A stretch of 64,000 nt of DNA, taken from assembly GCA_964403585.1 (NCBI GenBank), contig CAYOFQ010000001.1, positions 140,456 through 204,455 on the forward strand. The letters run 5' to 3'. The position numbers and the translations under genes are program-made. The DNA comes from an uncultured Gammaproteobacteria bacterium (GTDB lineage Bacteria; Patescibacteriota; Microgenomatia; JALYQM01). Every line of letters begins with the position of its first letter. Within the stretch, counting starts at the first letter, position 1. Shown one piece after another: positions 29,734 through 38,243 of the stretch. The notes under the pieces are model-generated. The model made no database searches and was not told the DNA's origin. It saw only the letters and a list, made by a program, of their open reading frames with translations.

Positions 29734-30018
29734 ATGACAAAAAATGATTTAATAGATAATGTAGCAGAAAATGTAGGGTTAACAAAAAAGACTTCTCGCG
29801 AAGTTGTAGAATACATCCTTGAAACAGTCAAAAAGACCCTTGCAAGCGGAGATAAAGTAGTACTTACCGGTTTTGGTACGTTTACTGTTCGCAAGCGCAA
29901 ATCAAGAAAAGGTGTAAACCCGCAGACTAAGCAGGGCATTACTATTGCCGGACGCAATCTTCCTGGTTTCACCGCAGGTAAAGATTTCAAGAAGCAAGTT
30001 AACTCAAAATCAAAGTAA
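29734..30018 (+). CDS. hup: HU/IHF-family DNA-binding protein
   Basis: GFGTFTVRKRKSRKGVNPQTKQGITIAGRNLPGFTAGKDFKK matches the HU arm. SD aggagg 11 nt upstream. Confidence 0.85.
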   Translation: MTKNDLIDNVAENVGLTKKTSREVVEYILETVKKTLASGDKVVLTGFGTFTVRKRKSRKGVNPQTKQGITIAGRNLPGFTAGKDFKKQVNSKSK

Positions 30019-30035
30019 TTGATAATGAAATGAAA

Positions 30036-30072
30036 AATCTGAGCCTGTCAATCGACAGGCTCAGATTTTATC
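30036..30072 (+). terminator. Rho-independent terminator after hup
   Basis: ctgagcctgtc-aatc-gacaggctcag (11-bp perfect stem) followed by attttat. Confidence 0.65.
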
Positions 30073-30075
30073 AGT

Positions 30076-30513
30076 ATGACAGAAAAGAAGATCTTCTACC
30101 CCGGATTTATTCAATTGCTTGTAGACACATACTACTTGGATGAAACACGCGAGTATGAACTTGGGCATCGGAATGCCACAATAAAAGAGGCTAACGAAAG
30201 GCTTCGCCAAATACAAACTGACTCTGAACAGTTAGCTGCAGTTGCTGGTGAAATTGAACGAATTCTTCGTGAGTTAACAGCCAAACAAAGGCAAGCAATA
30301 TACTTGCGGTATCGGCTGTATGATCCTCCCAAGGAGGATGAGCCAACCCTACACGATTTCAGCTATGTGGGAAAGTATCTGGGGGGAAGTCCAATCGAAA
30401 GCCAAACTGCATCAGCACACACGAAAGCTGCTTTAAAAAATATGCGAAAAATTTCCGAACGGGGAAATGGTATCTCCGGATTTAGATTCGAAAGAAGACG
30501 TATAAATTATTAG
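30076..30513 (+). CDS. Small protein with a sigma-70 region-4-like HTH (putative transcription regulator)
   Basis: LTAKQRQAIYLRY ... VGKYLGGSPIESQTASAHTKAALKNMRKI resembles ECF sigma region 4. Confidence 0.35.
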   Translation: MTEKKIFYPGFIQLLVDTYYLDETREYELGHRNATIKEANERLRQIQTDSEQLAAVAGEIERILRELTAKQRQAIYLRYRLYDPPKEDEPTLHDFSYVGKYLGGSPIESQTASAHTKAALKNMRKISERGNGISGFRFERRRINY

Positions 30514-30531
30514 GATGATATACTACTTCTA

Positions 30532-31401
30532 ATGGAACCTACCCAACTACCGGATAAGCTCAGCACTCTCGTATTCCTACGCAGAAATGAAGAAGTCGTC
30601 CTGGCAATGAAAAAACGTGATCTCGGTAAAGGGAAATGGAATGGCGCGGGAGGTAAAGTAAATCCTGACGAATCAGTCCTACAAGCAGCTATTCGTGAAA
30701 CCAAAGAAGAAATCGGTGTTACACCAATCAAACTGGAACAAACGGCCTTACTCAATATCTATTATATCGACAAACAACAACCTGAAGTTTGGGAGATCCA
30801 CGTATTTATTTGTACCGAGTGGGAAGGCGAGCCACAGGAATCTGAAGAAATGCGTCCGCAGTGGTTCAAATTAGACAACCTCCCCTTTCAGGATATGTGG
30901 CCTGACGATAACTATTGGTTGCTAAAAGCTTTAACGGACGAAAAAGTAATCGGAGATTTTATTTTTCGTGACGGTAAAATACTTTCATATAAAATGGCTC
31001 CCATGCCCTCCCCTAATCCGCTGGCAGTAACAATTATTTGTATAAACGAAGACGGAGATCTGCTACTTAAGAACAGAACTAAAGAACCTGACAAAGGTAA
31101 GTGGGAATTAATCGGTGGCCATGTCAAGACCGGTGAACGCCTCATTGAAGCCGTGCAACGAATTTTGCAAGATAAAGTGAATATCCACGAGACACTCTCG
31201 ATTGAATTTACCGGACACTACTACGACGACCCAAACCGTCACCCTGGCAATCCCTGTCTTCCGCTCACCTTCAAAGTGCGTACACCAAATGCGCATTTAA
31301 AAGAAATCAAAAATGCCTCCTGGTTCGAACCTAAATTATTATCTGAACTTGAATACGCCCTGGATGATAAACAAATGCTTCTGGACATCGGAATTCTGTG
31401 A
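30532..31401 (+). CDS. Tandem Nudix hydrolase (MutT-like N-domain plus a second degenerate Nudix domain)
   Basis: Box 1 GGKVNPDESVLQAAIRETKEEIGV. Second domain GGHVKTGERLIEAVQRILQDKV. Confidence 0.65.
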   Translation: MEPTQLPDKLSTLVFLRRNEEVVLAMKKRDLGKGKWNGAGGKVNPDESVLQAAIRETKEEIGVTPIKLEQTALLNIYYIDKQQPEVWEIHVFICTEWEGEPQESEEMRPQWFKLDNLPFQDMWPDDNYWLLKALTDEKVIGDFIFRDGKILSYKMAPMPSPNPLAVTIICINEDGDLLLKNRTKEPDKGKWELIGGHVKTGERLIEAVQRILQDKVNIHETLSIEFTGHYYDDPNRHPGNPCLPLTFKVRTPNAHLKEIKNASWFEPKLLSELEYALDDKQMLLDIGIL

Positions 31402-31418
31402 TGTATATACTAGTCCGC

Positions 31419-31571
31419 ATGAATAAGAAAGAAACCAAAGATAAGGAATCAAAGGCCGAGCTACCAACCAAAGACGAAATCCAGCAGCTATCCGCAGAAC
31501 AATTTCAGCAGTTGCTCAAAGACGTCAAAAAGCGCAAGTACCAGGGAATATCCTCATTAATGAAAAAGTAA
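31419..31571 (+). CDS. Small Lys-rich ORF (50 aa), not in the ORF track
   Basis: ATG 31419 to TAA 31571: MNKKETKDKESKAELPTKDEIQQLSAEQFQQLLKDVKKRKYQGISSLMKK. Fills an otherwise empty 170-bp gap. Confidence 0.3.
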   Translation: MNKKETKDKESKAELPTKDEIQQLSAEQFQQLLKDVKKRKYQGISSLMKK

Positions 31572-32225
31572 CTATTTCTTCAAACTCTGGAACTCCGGTT
31601 TGGTAAGGAACGGATTTGGCGGCTTAACACCTGTCTCATAAGCCTTCTGTAATTCATCAATAAATCCGCTCAAAAAAGCATAGGGTTCACTAACACTCAT
31701 CAGCCGGTTCAGGGTATTACTCCACAAATAATCTATCCACTCATAACGCAACCCCTGGTATTTCCACTCCAGAGCTTCTATCAGGAGTGCCGTAATATCC
31801 GAAATCGCGAGAATTGCTGACTCGTCCGCTGAAAGGTTATCTTCATTGGTCTCCAGTGTTAAGTATTCTGCAACGTACAATCGTATTGATTCACTGGCCT
31901 GTTGCTCGGCCTGTCTGGTAGCCTTGCGTATATCCATATCGGTAAAGTACGATTTATAGCTCGGGCTGCCCGAAGGAATATCCAGTAAAATACTCTCATT
32001 CCAGTCGTGAGTAACTGCGACCTTCAAGAGATTTTCAAAGTTAATTGAGTAACCCTGCTTCTTAAAAACTTCGCCAAACAAGAGCGTCAAGGACACGACT
32101 TTAAAATTGTGCTCGGCTACCGAATCTGTCCGGTTGGGATCAATGCCGGCAAACATCACACCACCGGTGCGCGGCATTCGACTGAGGTTATCAAGTACTT
32201 GGACTAATGTTAGTAATTTCTTCAT
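31572..32225 (-). CDS. HD-domain phosphohydrolase, YfbR-like 5'-deoxynucleotidase family
   Basis: RMPRTGG...SVAEHNFKV...VTHDWNESILLDIP matches the YfbR pattern (RxGW...ESVAEHS...HD..E). Confidence 0.6.
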   Translation of the reverse strand: MKKLLTLVQVLDNLSRMPRTGGVMFAGIDPNRTDSVAEHNFKVVSLTLLFGEVFKKQGYSINFENLLKVAVTHDWNESILLDIPSGSPSYKSYFTDMDIRKATRQAEQQASESIRLYVAEYLTLETNEDNLSADESAILAISDITALLIEALEWKYQGLRYEWIDYLWSNTLNRLMSVSEPYAFLSGFIDELQKAYETGVKPPNPFLTKPEFQSLKK

Positions 32226-32237
32226 CTATTAATTATA

Positions 32238-33449
32238 TCAGCTCAGTTTTGCAACCAATTCCTCCCGTGTTAGTGTTTCTTGCGTACGATTCTGTAAGTC
32301 TTTCAGTTGGCATTTTCCCTGCTCTGCTTCATCGGGACCAATAATAACAACGTAGGGAATTCCTTTCTGATCGGCATATTTTAGTTGTTTTTCCAGTTTA
32401 GAAGCCGGGTTAGGGAAGACTTCGGTATTAATTCCTTGAGCGCGTAACTGTGCTGCAATCTGTAGAGATTGTGCTACGAGTTCAGGCGAAAACACAGCAA
32501 CTAAGACCTGCGTTAACGTCTTAAATTCAGGAATAAGACCAAATTCCTCTGCCGCTTCTAAAGTTCGATCAAATCCCAGGCCAAATCCGGTGGCAGGAAT
32601 CGTCTGTCCGGAAATATTCTCCACCAGCTTATCGAATCGCTCCCCGCCCAGCACTGAACCACCGCTTGAACCGGGAATTTCAACCTCCCAGATCGGTCCA
32701 GTGGAATATGAAAAAGAGCGGGCGATAGTCGGATCAAATCGATACCAGCGTTCATCAAAACCACTATCTTTAAGATAGTTGAGAATGAAAGTAATCGTCT
32801 CATTAGGTTGCATATTCATAACGTACGAAAAATAATTTTGCGCCTGATTCCGCTCTATTCCTTTTGCGACCATCTCTTCAATCACTCCCTGTTCTCCAAT
32901 CTTCTTCAGCTTGTCTATGGCAGCAATAGCCACGTAGGGAATGTCCTTCAATAAGGCACGATCATTAATAAGTACCGTAGCCTGTTTAAAACCTAATTCA
33001 CGGTAAATATCCAAAGAAAGCGCAATTACTTCCGCGTCCGCCATCGGTGAGTTTACCCCGAAGATATCTGCATCACACTGGAGAAACTCACGGTAGCGGC
33101 CTTTTTGAGGTTTTTCAGCTCTGAATGAGCTCTGAATCTGATACCGCTTAAAAGGAAACACAATCTGGTTCTGGTATTGAGCAACTACCCGGCATGTTGG
33201 AACTGTTTGATCATAACGAAGAGCTATGTTTCTTCCTCCCGGATCTTCGAATTTGAAAAACAATTTTTCATCTTCACCAACTTGTCCTTCAAAAATCTCA
33301 AGCGGTTCAATAGTCGGTGTTTCAAGTGGGTCATATCCCCATTTTTCAAATACCCCGATTATCTTTTTCTTTAACCAATTTCGTTTCAAAGCATCCACGG
33401 GCAAAAAATCCCTGGTTCCTTTAACATTTTGCGCGAGTTGATTTGACAT
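32238..33449 (-). CDS. hisS: Histidyl-tRNA synthetase
   Basis: GTRDFLP near the N-terminus, class II motif 2 FRAEKPQKGRYREFLQCDADIFG, motif 3 region GGERFDKL. Confidence 0.8.
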   Translation of the reverse strand: MSNQLAQNVKGTRDFLPVDALKRNWLKKKIIGVFEKWGYDPLETPTIEPLEIFEGQVGEDEKLFFKFEDPGGRNIALRYDQTVPTCRVVAQYQNQIVFPFKRYQIQSSFRAEKPQKGRYREFLQCDADIFGVNSPMADAEVIALSLDIYRELGFKQATVLINDRALLKDIPYVAIAAIDKLKKIGEQGVIEEMVAKGIERNQAQNYFSYVMNMQPNETITFILNYLKDSGFDERWYRFDPTIARSFSYSTGPIWEVEIPGSSGGSVLGGERFDKLVENISGQTIPATGFGLGFDRTLEAAEEFGLIPEFKTLTQVLVAVFSPELVAQSLQIAAQLRAQGINTEVFPNPASKLEKQLKYADQKGIPYVVIIGPDEAEQGKCQLKDLQNRTQETLTREELVAKLS

Positions 33450-33458
33450 AAATACTCC

Positions 33459-34100
33459 TTATTGAATTTGTACTACTTTGGCTGAAATAGTAAAAGCCTC
33501 AGTATCTTTATTAATAGTAATTATTCCTCCACTAGGTTGCAGTACCTCAGTACAATTTGTAAGTAAAGAAAGCGCCACACTCCCTGAGCCACAAGCACTC
33601 TCCTCCACACACGAGTCAGTCTCTCGGACATAGATAGTAGGGTAGAGTACGTCGTTTTTATACAGCAGTAATCCAAAGGCTGGTAAGCCATAAGTACGTG
33701 CTAAATCTTTCAGGAACAACCGTTTATCTTGTGGACTTTCATTCATATAAATATACCCTATGCCTTCAAACAATACGGTTGACTGAACAATTGAATACCG
33801 CAACGGTAATGTGATAATCGTAAGATCATCAATATTTACAAATTCAACTGCACTGTTCACACCGCTGGTATAAAAAGCGCCACGCATGCCAAACGTCGAA
33901 GCAAAGGCAAGCGTCCCGTTTATACTTAATTCTCCACCCATCATCTCAAAAGCAGGCAACCCGGCTTTTGTTGACACATAACCGACCTGCTCAACCTGAG
34001 CCAGGAACAAAGAATTTAATGTTGCCCGATCGAGATCGTCACTATCCCAAACAATTATGGTCGTATTGCCATTAGCAATAAGATATTTCTGTGTTTGCAT
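33459..34100 (-). CDS. DapF/PhzF-fold epimerase-like protein (diaminopimelate-epimerase-like). ATG 34100 is preferred, with a gggag SD.
   Basis: LIANGNTTIIVWD (like DapF GLGNDFxVVD) and the second catalytic-Cys motif ESACGSGSVAL. Confidence 0.45.
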   Translation of the reverse strand: MQTQKYLIANGNTTIIVWDSDDLDRATLNSLFLAQVEQVGYVSTKAGLPAFEMMGGELSINGTLAFASTFGMRGAFYTSGVNSAVEFVNIDDLTIITLPLRYSIVQSTVLFEGIGYIYMNESPQDKRLFLKDLARTYGLPAFGLLLYKNDVLYPTIYVRETDSCVEESACGSGSVALSLLTNCTEVLQPSGGIITINKDTEAFTISAKVVQIQ

Positions 34101-34413
34101 AAAAAACTCCCGTTCTTTAAACTCCACTAAAAAATAATCCAGTGAAATCTAAGGAACGAGAGTCAAGGAAGCTTCGCTTCCGCAGATCCAGCCGATAGGC
34201 TGGAAACCGCCTTTATAAAAAAAGAGACCTCCCGCGGTCCCATCCTTATTCTAATAAGTATTACTACTTAAAAGCTCTTGGCACCGCTCTCCATCTCAAA
34301 TGAGACGACAAGGGCTGTTGTACTTTACGGCTCAACTCCCGTAGCATATTTTGATGCTCAGCTCGTGGATCGTGACTCCACTGATAACGCTTTATACGTA
34401 TTCAATTAGGGGA
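34101..34413 (-). promoter_or_regulatory. T-box riboswitch leader (probable His specificity) upstream of the DapF-like-hisS operon, including an intrinsic terminator at 34217-34245
   Basis: The minus-strand RNA contains AAUAAGGAUGGGACCGCGG (rc of 34232-34250), 17/19 identical to the T-box consensus AAUUAGGGUGGNACCGCGG, with a UGGG bulge complementary to CCCA. This is followed by hairpin GGGACC-GCGGGA-GGUCUC + U7. CAC codons occur in the upstream stem region. Confidence 0.55.
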
Positions 34414-34443
34414 ATAATAGCACATATATCCTATAGTTGTCAA
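34414..34443 (-). promoter_or_regulatory. Sigma70-type promoter TTGACA-18-TATTAT driving the T-box leader
   Basis: -35 is the rc of 34438-34443, -10 is the rc of 34414-34419, spacer 18 nt. Confidence 0.45.
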
Positions 34444-34446
34444 ATT

Positions 34447-34983
34447 TTAGTGCTTAAATGTATCAAAATCACCTCGCCAAAATCGTTCAATGAAAGATTG
34501 TGAACCTTTTCCAAACGGCATCTTCAGCTCCAGCATCAAATCATATTCTTCTTTATCTACAAAGTGGATATCTGCCAGTTCCTGATTATTCATAATAATC
34601 GGTTGCCCCGTGTACTTTCCCATATATTTATACGAAAAATACGAAGTATATTTATAACGCGTATACTCTTTACAGACAAATGTCAGTTCACAATCAAACC
34701 CCGCTTCTTCCAGAAGTTCGGCATGAGCCGTTTGTAACGGTGTCATGCCATGGATACAATGCCCTGCAGCGGTAACTGCCCAATATAACGGGTTGGTACG
34801 CTTCATTGCACTGCGCTGCTGTAATAATAAACGGTTCATCTCATCGTAAATTAAAATTGAAGACTGTCGGTAGGTAAAAAAAGGGTTAGTATCTGCTTGA
34901 AGACGGACGACTTCCCCAATGACTTTATCACTTTTGTCGACCAGGTCGAGTATTTCGTCAGGAGCGTTAGTCTTGTCCCGCAT
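34447..34983 (-). CDS. Nudix hydrolase (IDI-like subfamily)
   Basis: GHCIHGMTPLQTAHAELLEEAGF Nudix-box variant, 178 aa. Confidence 0.55.
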   Translation of the reverse strand: MRDKTNAPDEILDLVDKSDKVIGEVVRLQADTNPFFTYRQSSILIYDEMNRLLLQQRSAMKRTNPLYWAVTAAGHCIHGMTPLQTAHAELLEEAGFDCELTFVCKEYTRYKYTSYFSYKYMGKYTGQPIIMNNQELADIHFVDKEEYDLMLELKMPFGKGSQSFIERFWRGDFDTFKH

Positions 34984-35033
34984 ACCCGCATTTTAGCACA
35001 TTGACTTAAGAGTAAAAGACACAACGAAGACAA

Positions 35034-35062
35034 TTGCATAAATAGTATATCAATACTATAAT
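35034..35062 (+). promoter_or_regulatory. Sigma70-type promoter TTGCAT-17-TATAAT
   Basis: -35 35034-35039, -10 35057-35062, 33 nt upstream of ATG 35095. SD ggagg. Confidence 0.45.
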
Positions 35063-35094
35063 AAATATATACAACAATAAAACTAGGAGGCTGT

Positions 35095-35418
35095 ATGATC
35101 GGGTTAGTCGCCATAATACTTATTATCCTCTGGTTTCTTGGATATATCCGGATTGAATCAATTCCAATCCCTGACATGTTTCTTTTCCAATTTAATGGAC
35201 GGTCAGTAAGTCTATGGGACGTTCTGATTTTCTTGGTGGTTTGCTGGGCAATTGCGGTCCTGCCTACTCCAATACGTCAAATAGCTGGCGTCTTATTAGC
35301 TTTATGGTTGCTGGCCTTATTCGGTATTATTGCTATCACCGGATTTTCTCAGGTTATTATTATCGCCATAATTGTCGGCCTGCTTTACGCCTTGTTCTCC
35401 AGAAGGACAGTCCTCTAA
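35095..35418 (+). CDS. Small membrane protein, lmo0937-like motif in tandem
   Basis: Two copies of the pattern hydrophobic-helix-WFLGYI / LWLLALFGII ... LFSRR. Confidence 0.45.
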   Translation: MIGLVAIILIILWFLGYIRIESIPIPDMFLFQFNGRSVSLWDVLIFLVVCWAIAVLPTPIRQIAGVLLALWLLALFGIIAITGFSQVIIIAIIVGLLYALFSRRTVL

Positions 35419-36359
35419 TGAGTCAGGGTCTCGTCTTGTACCTGGGAAGATAATATCTCCATATTCGTAATAAGTTTAGGATTCTGGTCAAGCCGGACAA
35501 ATTGCTCGACTTCAATTTCATCCATGGCCGCTTTACCTGCACCGTCAGTATGCATTGAAGTCAATGTCGAGACAACAGACTGTTTTAGATTTAGGTCGAA
35601 ATCTTTCCTGAAAGAGACGACATGAGGTGCAATAGATTCGGTAGTATCAATAATTTTGAAATAGCCGTCAAACTCAGCACTGTCTTCTTTGTAATTCGAA
35701 TTGCTCATGGCTCCGGCTACAGAAGTTCCTTTATATAAATGTTTGATCGTTACTTCGTTATCTCCCGTAAAATAATAGCCAATTTCATCGGCAGCCACTT
35801 TAGAGGATGGTCCTTCCTTTTCAACCACTTTGAACCCTCTGCGGATGAGATCTGCCTTTGGCAAAAAATAGGATGAAGCTGACTCAGGCTCTTTAAAGGC
35901 AATCGTTTTTCCGACGAGATCGGCGATATTTTTTATGGAACTTTTCTGCGGAACTATAAATACCGAGCTATACGCAGACTCACCGTTTTCAACTGTTCCG
36001 AGGACTGCTTCTGTTTGCGCGACTGAATGGAGTGAAAAACTGGCAAAGGGGTTTTCAATGATCATGTCCTGTTTGTTCTGCCGTAATAACACCGCCATCT
36101 CTAAAGCGGTTCGGGCAAACACCAGTTCAACATCCTTAACCCCAAGCTTGGTTTTTAAATAACCCTTCATAAGTGTATATCCATCAGTCGAATCTTTTAT
36201 CGAGTCGGTAATGGCACCGATCCGCAGGACAGTATTTTTATACGGCGAGGGGCGAAACACTGAAGTTATCGCAGTGAGTGTATGGGAGGTATACACAAAG
36301 TAAGACGCACCACTGAGAACCAGTAGTAGAATAAAAAGGATAAGATACTGTTTTCGCAT
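35415..36359 (-). CDS. PhnD/SsuA-type periplasmic substrate-binding protein (phosphonate-ABC-like), membrane anchored, with no transporter partner nearby
   Basis: GESAYSSVFIVPQKSSIKNIADLVGKTIAFKEPESASSYFLP is typical of PhnD. N-terminal TM. Internal ATG (MRKQYL) preferred; the longer ORF extends to 36401. Confidence 0.5.
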   Translation of the reverse strand: MRKQYLILFILLLVLSGASYFVYTSHTLTAITSVFRPSPYKNTVLRIGAITDSIKDSTDGYTLMKGYLKTKLGVKDVELVFARTALEMAVLLRQNKQDMIIENPFASFSLHSVAQTEAVLGTVENGESAYSSVFIVPQKSSIKNIADLVGKTIAFKEPESASSYFLPKADLIRRGFKVVEKEGPSSKVAADEIGYYFTGDNEVTIKHLYKGTSVAGAMSNSNYKEDSAEFDGYFKIIDTTESIAPHVVSFRKDFDLNLKQSVVSTLTSMHTDGAGKAAMDEIEVEQFVRLDQNPKLITNMEILSSQVQDETLTH

Positions 36360-36469
36360 ACTTTTACTGTATAGTAGAACGCAACACCAGGCATATTGCA
36401 ATAAGAAAAATTAGAACTTCCTGAATTCACCCGACATAGTGTACAATGACCAAAATAAGGAACGCATTT

Positions 36470-37546
36470 ATGAAAGTCGGACTCTATTCTCCATACTTTA
36501 ATATTTTAGGCGGAGGAGAAAAATACATCCTCACTATTGCCGAAGTACTTAGTTATGATCATCATGTTGAGGTTATCGTTCCTCCGGGAAAGGTTGAATT
36601 TGAAACCCAAAAGGAACGTGTTCACCGCCGGTTCGCCGATGTCGATTTACACAAGGTCCACCTCATTCGTGGGCCTTTTGATAATTCGTCGAATTGGCGC
36701 GAACGGGCCAATTTCACCAAGCAATACGACCTTTTCTTCTATGTGACAGATGGAAGTTTTTTTTGGTCCCGCGCCAAGAAGAACGCGGTCATTATTCAGT
36801 CGCCGGACACCTTAAGTCTCAGTAAAATTCTCGACAAGATCAAGCTCTCCCGGTGGCAGGTGAAAATTTGTTATTCACACTACGTACAGCATTGGCTGGA
36901 GTACAAACACGGGTTTGAAGCACAGGTCCTTCCGCCGGCTATTGATCCCGGTGCATATACGCACGGTAAAAAGGAAAACGTCATTATTGCAGTTGGAAGA
37001 TTCTCCAAAAGACCCCACGATAAAAAGCAACTTCGCATGATTCGTGCCTATAAAGATATGGTTGATGAAGGACTGCTTAAGGGATGGAGATTTATCATGA
37101 TGGGGGGCTTATCCCAGGATGATCATGAGTATTACCAGCAGGTTGTTACCGAAGCAAAAGGGTATCCAATTGAGGTAATTGCTAACTCGGATTTTGAAAC
37201 ACTGTTGGAGAATTACACTAAAGCAAAAATTTATTGGCATGCCACCGGATTCGAAGAAGATCTTCAAAAGCTTCCTGAACGAGCTGAGCACTTTGGTATC
37301 ACCACGGTCGAGGCGATGGCTTCCGGTGCCGTACCGGTCGTCGTAAATGCCGGCGGCCAGCCGGAAATAGTTTGGGAAGGCCATAATGGATTTTTGTGGG
37401 AATCTATCGATGAACTTAAACAAAAGACCATGACCCTCGTGAACGATGAACACCGCCGGGAACGCATGGCTATCGCTGCCCGGAAAAAGTCCTTTGATTT
37501 TGATAAAAAAACTTTCCGCAAGAAACTCTACGAAGTGTTATTATAG
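36470..37546 (+). CDS. Glycosyltransferase family 4 (GT-B, retaining)
   Basis: C-terminal EX7E-type motif region HFGITTVEAMASGAVPVVVNAGGQPEIV. Start at ATG 36470, which has an SD. Confidence 0.65.
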   Translation: MKVGLYSPYFNILGGGEKYILTIAEVLSYDHHVEVIVPPGKVEFETQKERVHRRFADVDLHKVHLIRGPFDNSSNWRERANFTKQYDLFFYVTDGSFFWSRAKKNAVIIQSPDTLSLSKILDKIKLSRWQVKICYSHYVQHWLEYKHGFEAQVLPPAIDPGAYTHGKKENVIIAVGRFSKRPHDKKQLRMIRAYKDMVDEGLLKGWRFIMMGGLSQDDHEYYQQVVTEAKGYPIEVIANSDFETLLENYTKAKIYWHATGFEEDLQKLPERAEHFGITTVEAMASGAVPVVVNAGGQPEIVWEGHNGFLWESIDELKQKTMTLVNDEHRRERMAIAARKKSFDFDKKTFRKKLYEVLL

Positions 37547-37550
37547 GAGC

Positions 37551-38225
37551 ATGACGTATATAATACTGAGTGTATCAGTCGTTTTACTAGTAATAACTGG
37601 CTGCACACCCAAGCCGTTTGATCCTCCAAACGGAGATAATCGCCAGAACATTCCTGTCAGCTCTCCAACCGCCACGCCATTCGAGCAAACTGCCTCGCCC
37701 AGTTCATTCATAAACGGAGATTATATTTCCTACAAATTGAAAGTTAAATTTAATGTCAATACCAAAGCTCCCGAAAAAGCCTGGGTAAAAGAAGAAGGTA
37801 ACAAAATCTATGTCGTCCCCGGAGACGTAAATACGAAATATACCGAAGGACAATGGCTGGAGGTTTTTACTAAGCAGCAAAATGAAGAGATCAAGACTGC
37901 CATGCAAAAGCAATTTTTAACTGGAATATCGGAAAAGGACTGTTTTATTGATGAATACCGCGGAGGTGTTGGTAAGGAGTCCACTAATTCCAGAGCCAAA
38001 GGGTATCAATACTATTTCATCAACTATCCGGGATCAGACAATTTTGAAAACTGGAACAACAATAAATGTCCGGAGCAGTACCGTGCCACCAACGGCATTC
38101 GGTATTTTGTTTACGATCCAAAGCACCCGACACGATATGTTTACCTGGATATCGGTCAATATCCGATCATGTCAGGAGTCGGTGAAAATATAGTTTGGCA
38201 GGACACCCTTCGGTTTATAGACTAA
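37551..38225 (+). CDS. Lipoprotein, function unknown
   Basis: Lipobox LLVITGC after the SD aggag. The ORF-track start 37446 overlaps the upstream gene and is rejected. Confidence 0.5.
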   Translation: MTYIILSVSVVLLVITGCTPKPFDPPNGDNRQNIPVSSPTATPFEQTASPSSFINGDYISYKLKVKFNVNTKAPEKAWVKEEGNKIYVVPGDVNTKYTEGQWLEVFTKQQNEEIKTAMQKQFLTGISEKDCFIDEYRGGVGKESTNSRAKGYQYYFINYPGSDNFENWNNNKCPEQYRATNGIRYFVYDPKHPTRYVYLDIGQYPIMSGVGENIVWQDTLRFID

Positions 38226-38243
38226 ATTCGGTATAATGCTTTT

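Noticed and set aside
37446-37550. Long start (37446) for the lipoprotein gene, and TTG/long starts offered by the ORF track for several genes (51, 3014, 17896, 25432, 36401, 56146, 63938)
   Set aside because: They would overlap upstream genes or place signal peptides internally. Downstream ATG/GTG codons with SD sequences or a lipobox give more sensible N-termini.
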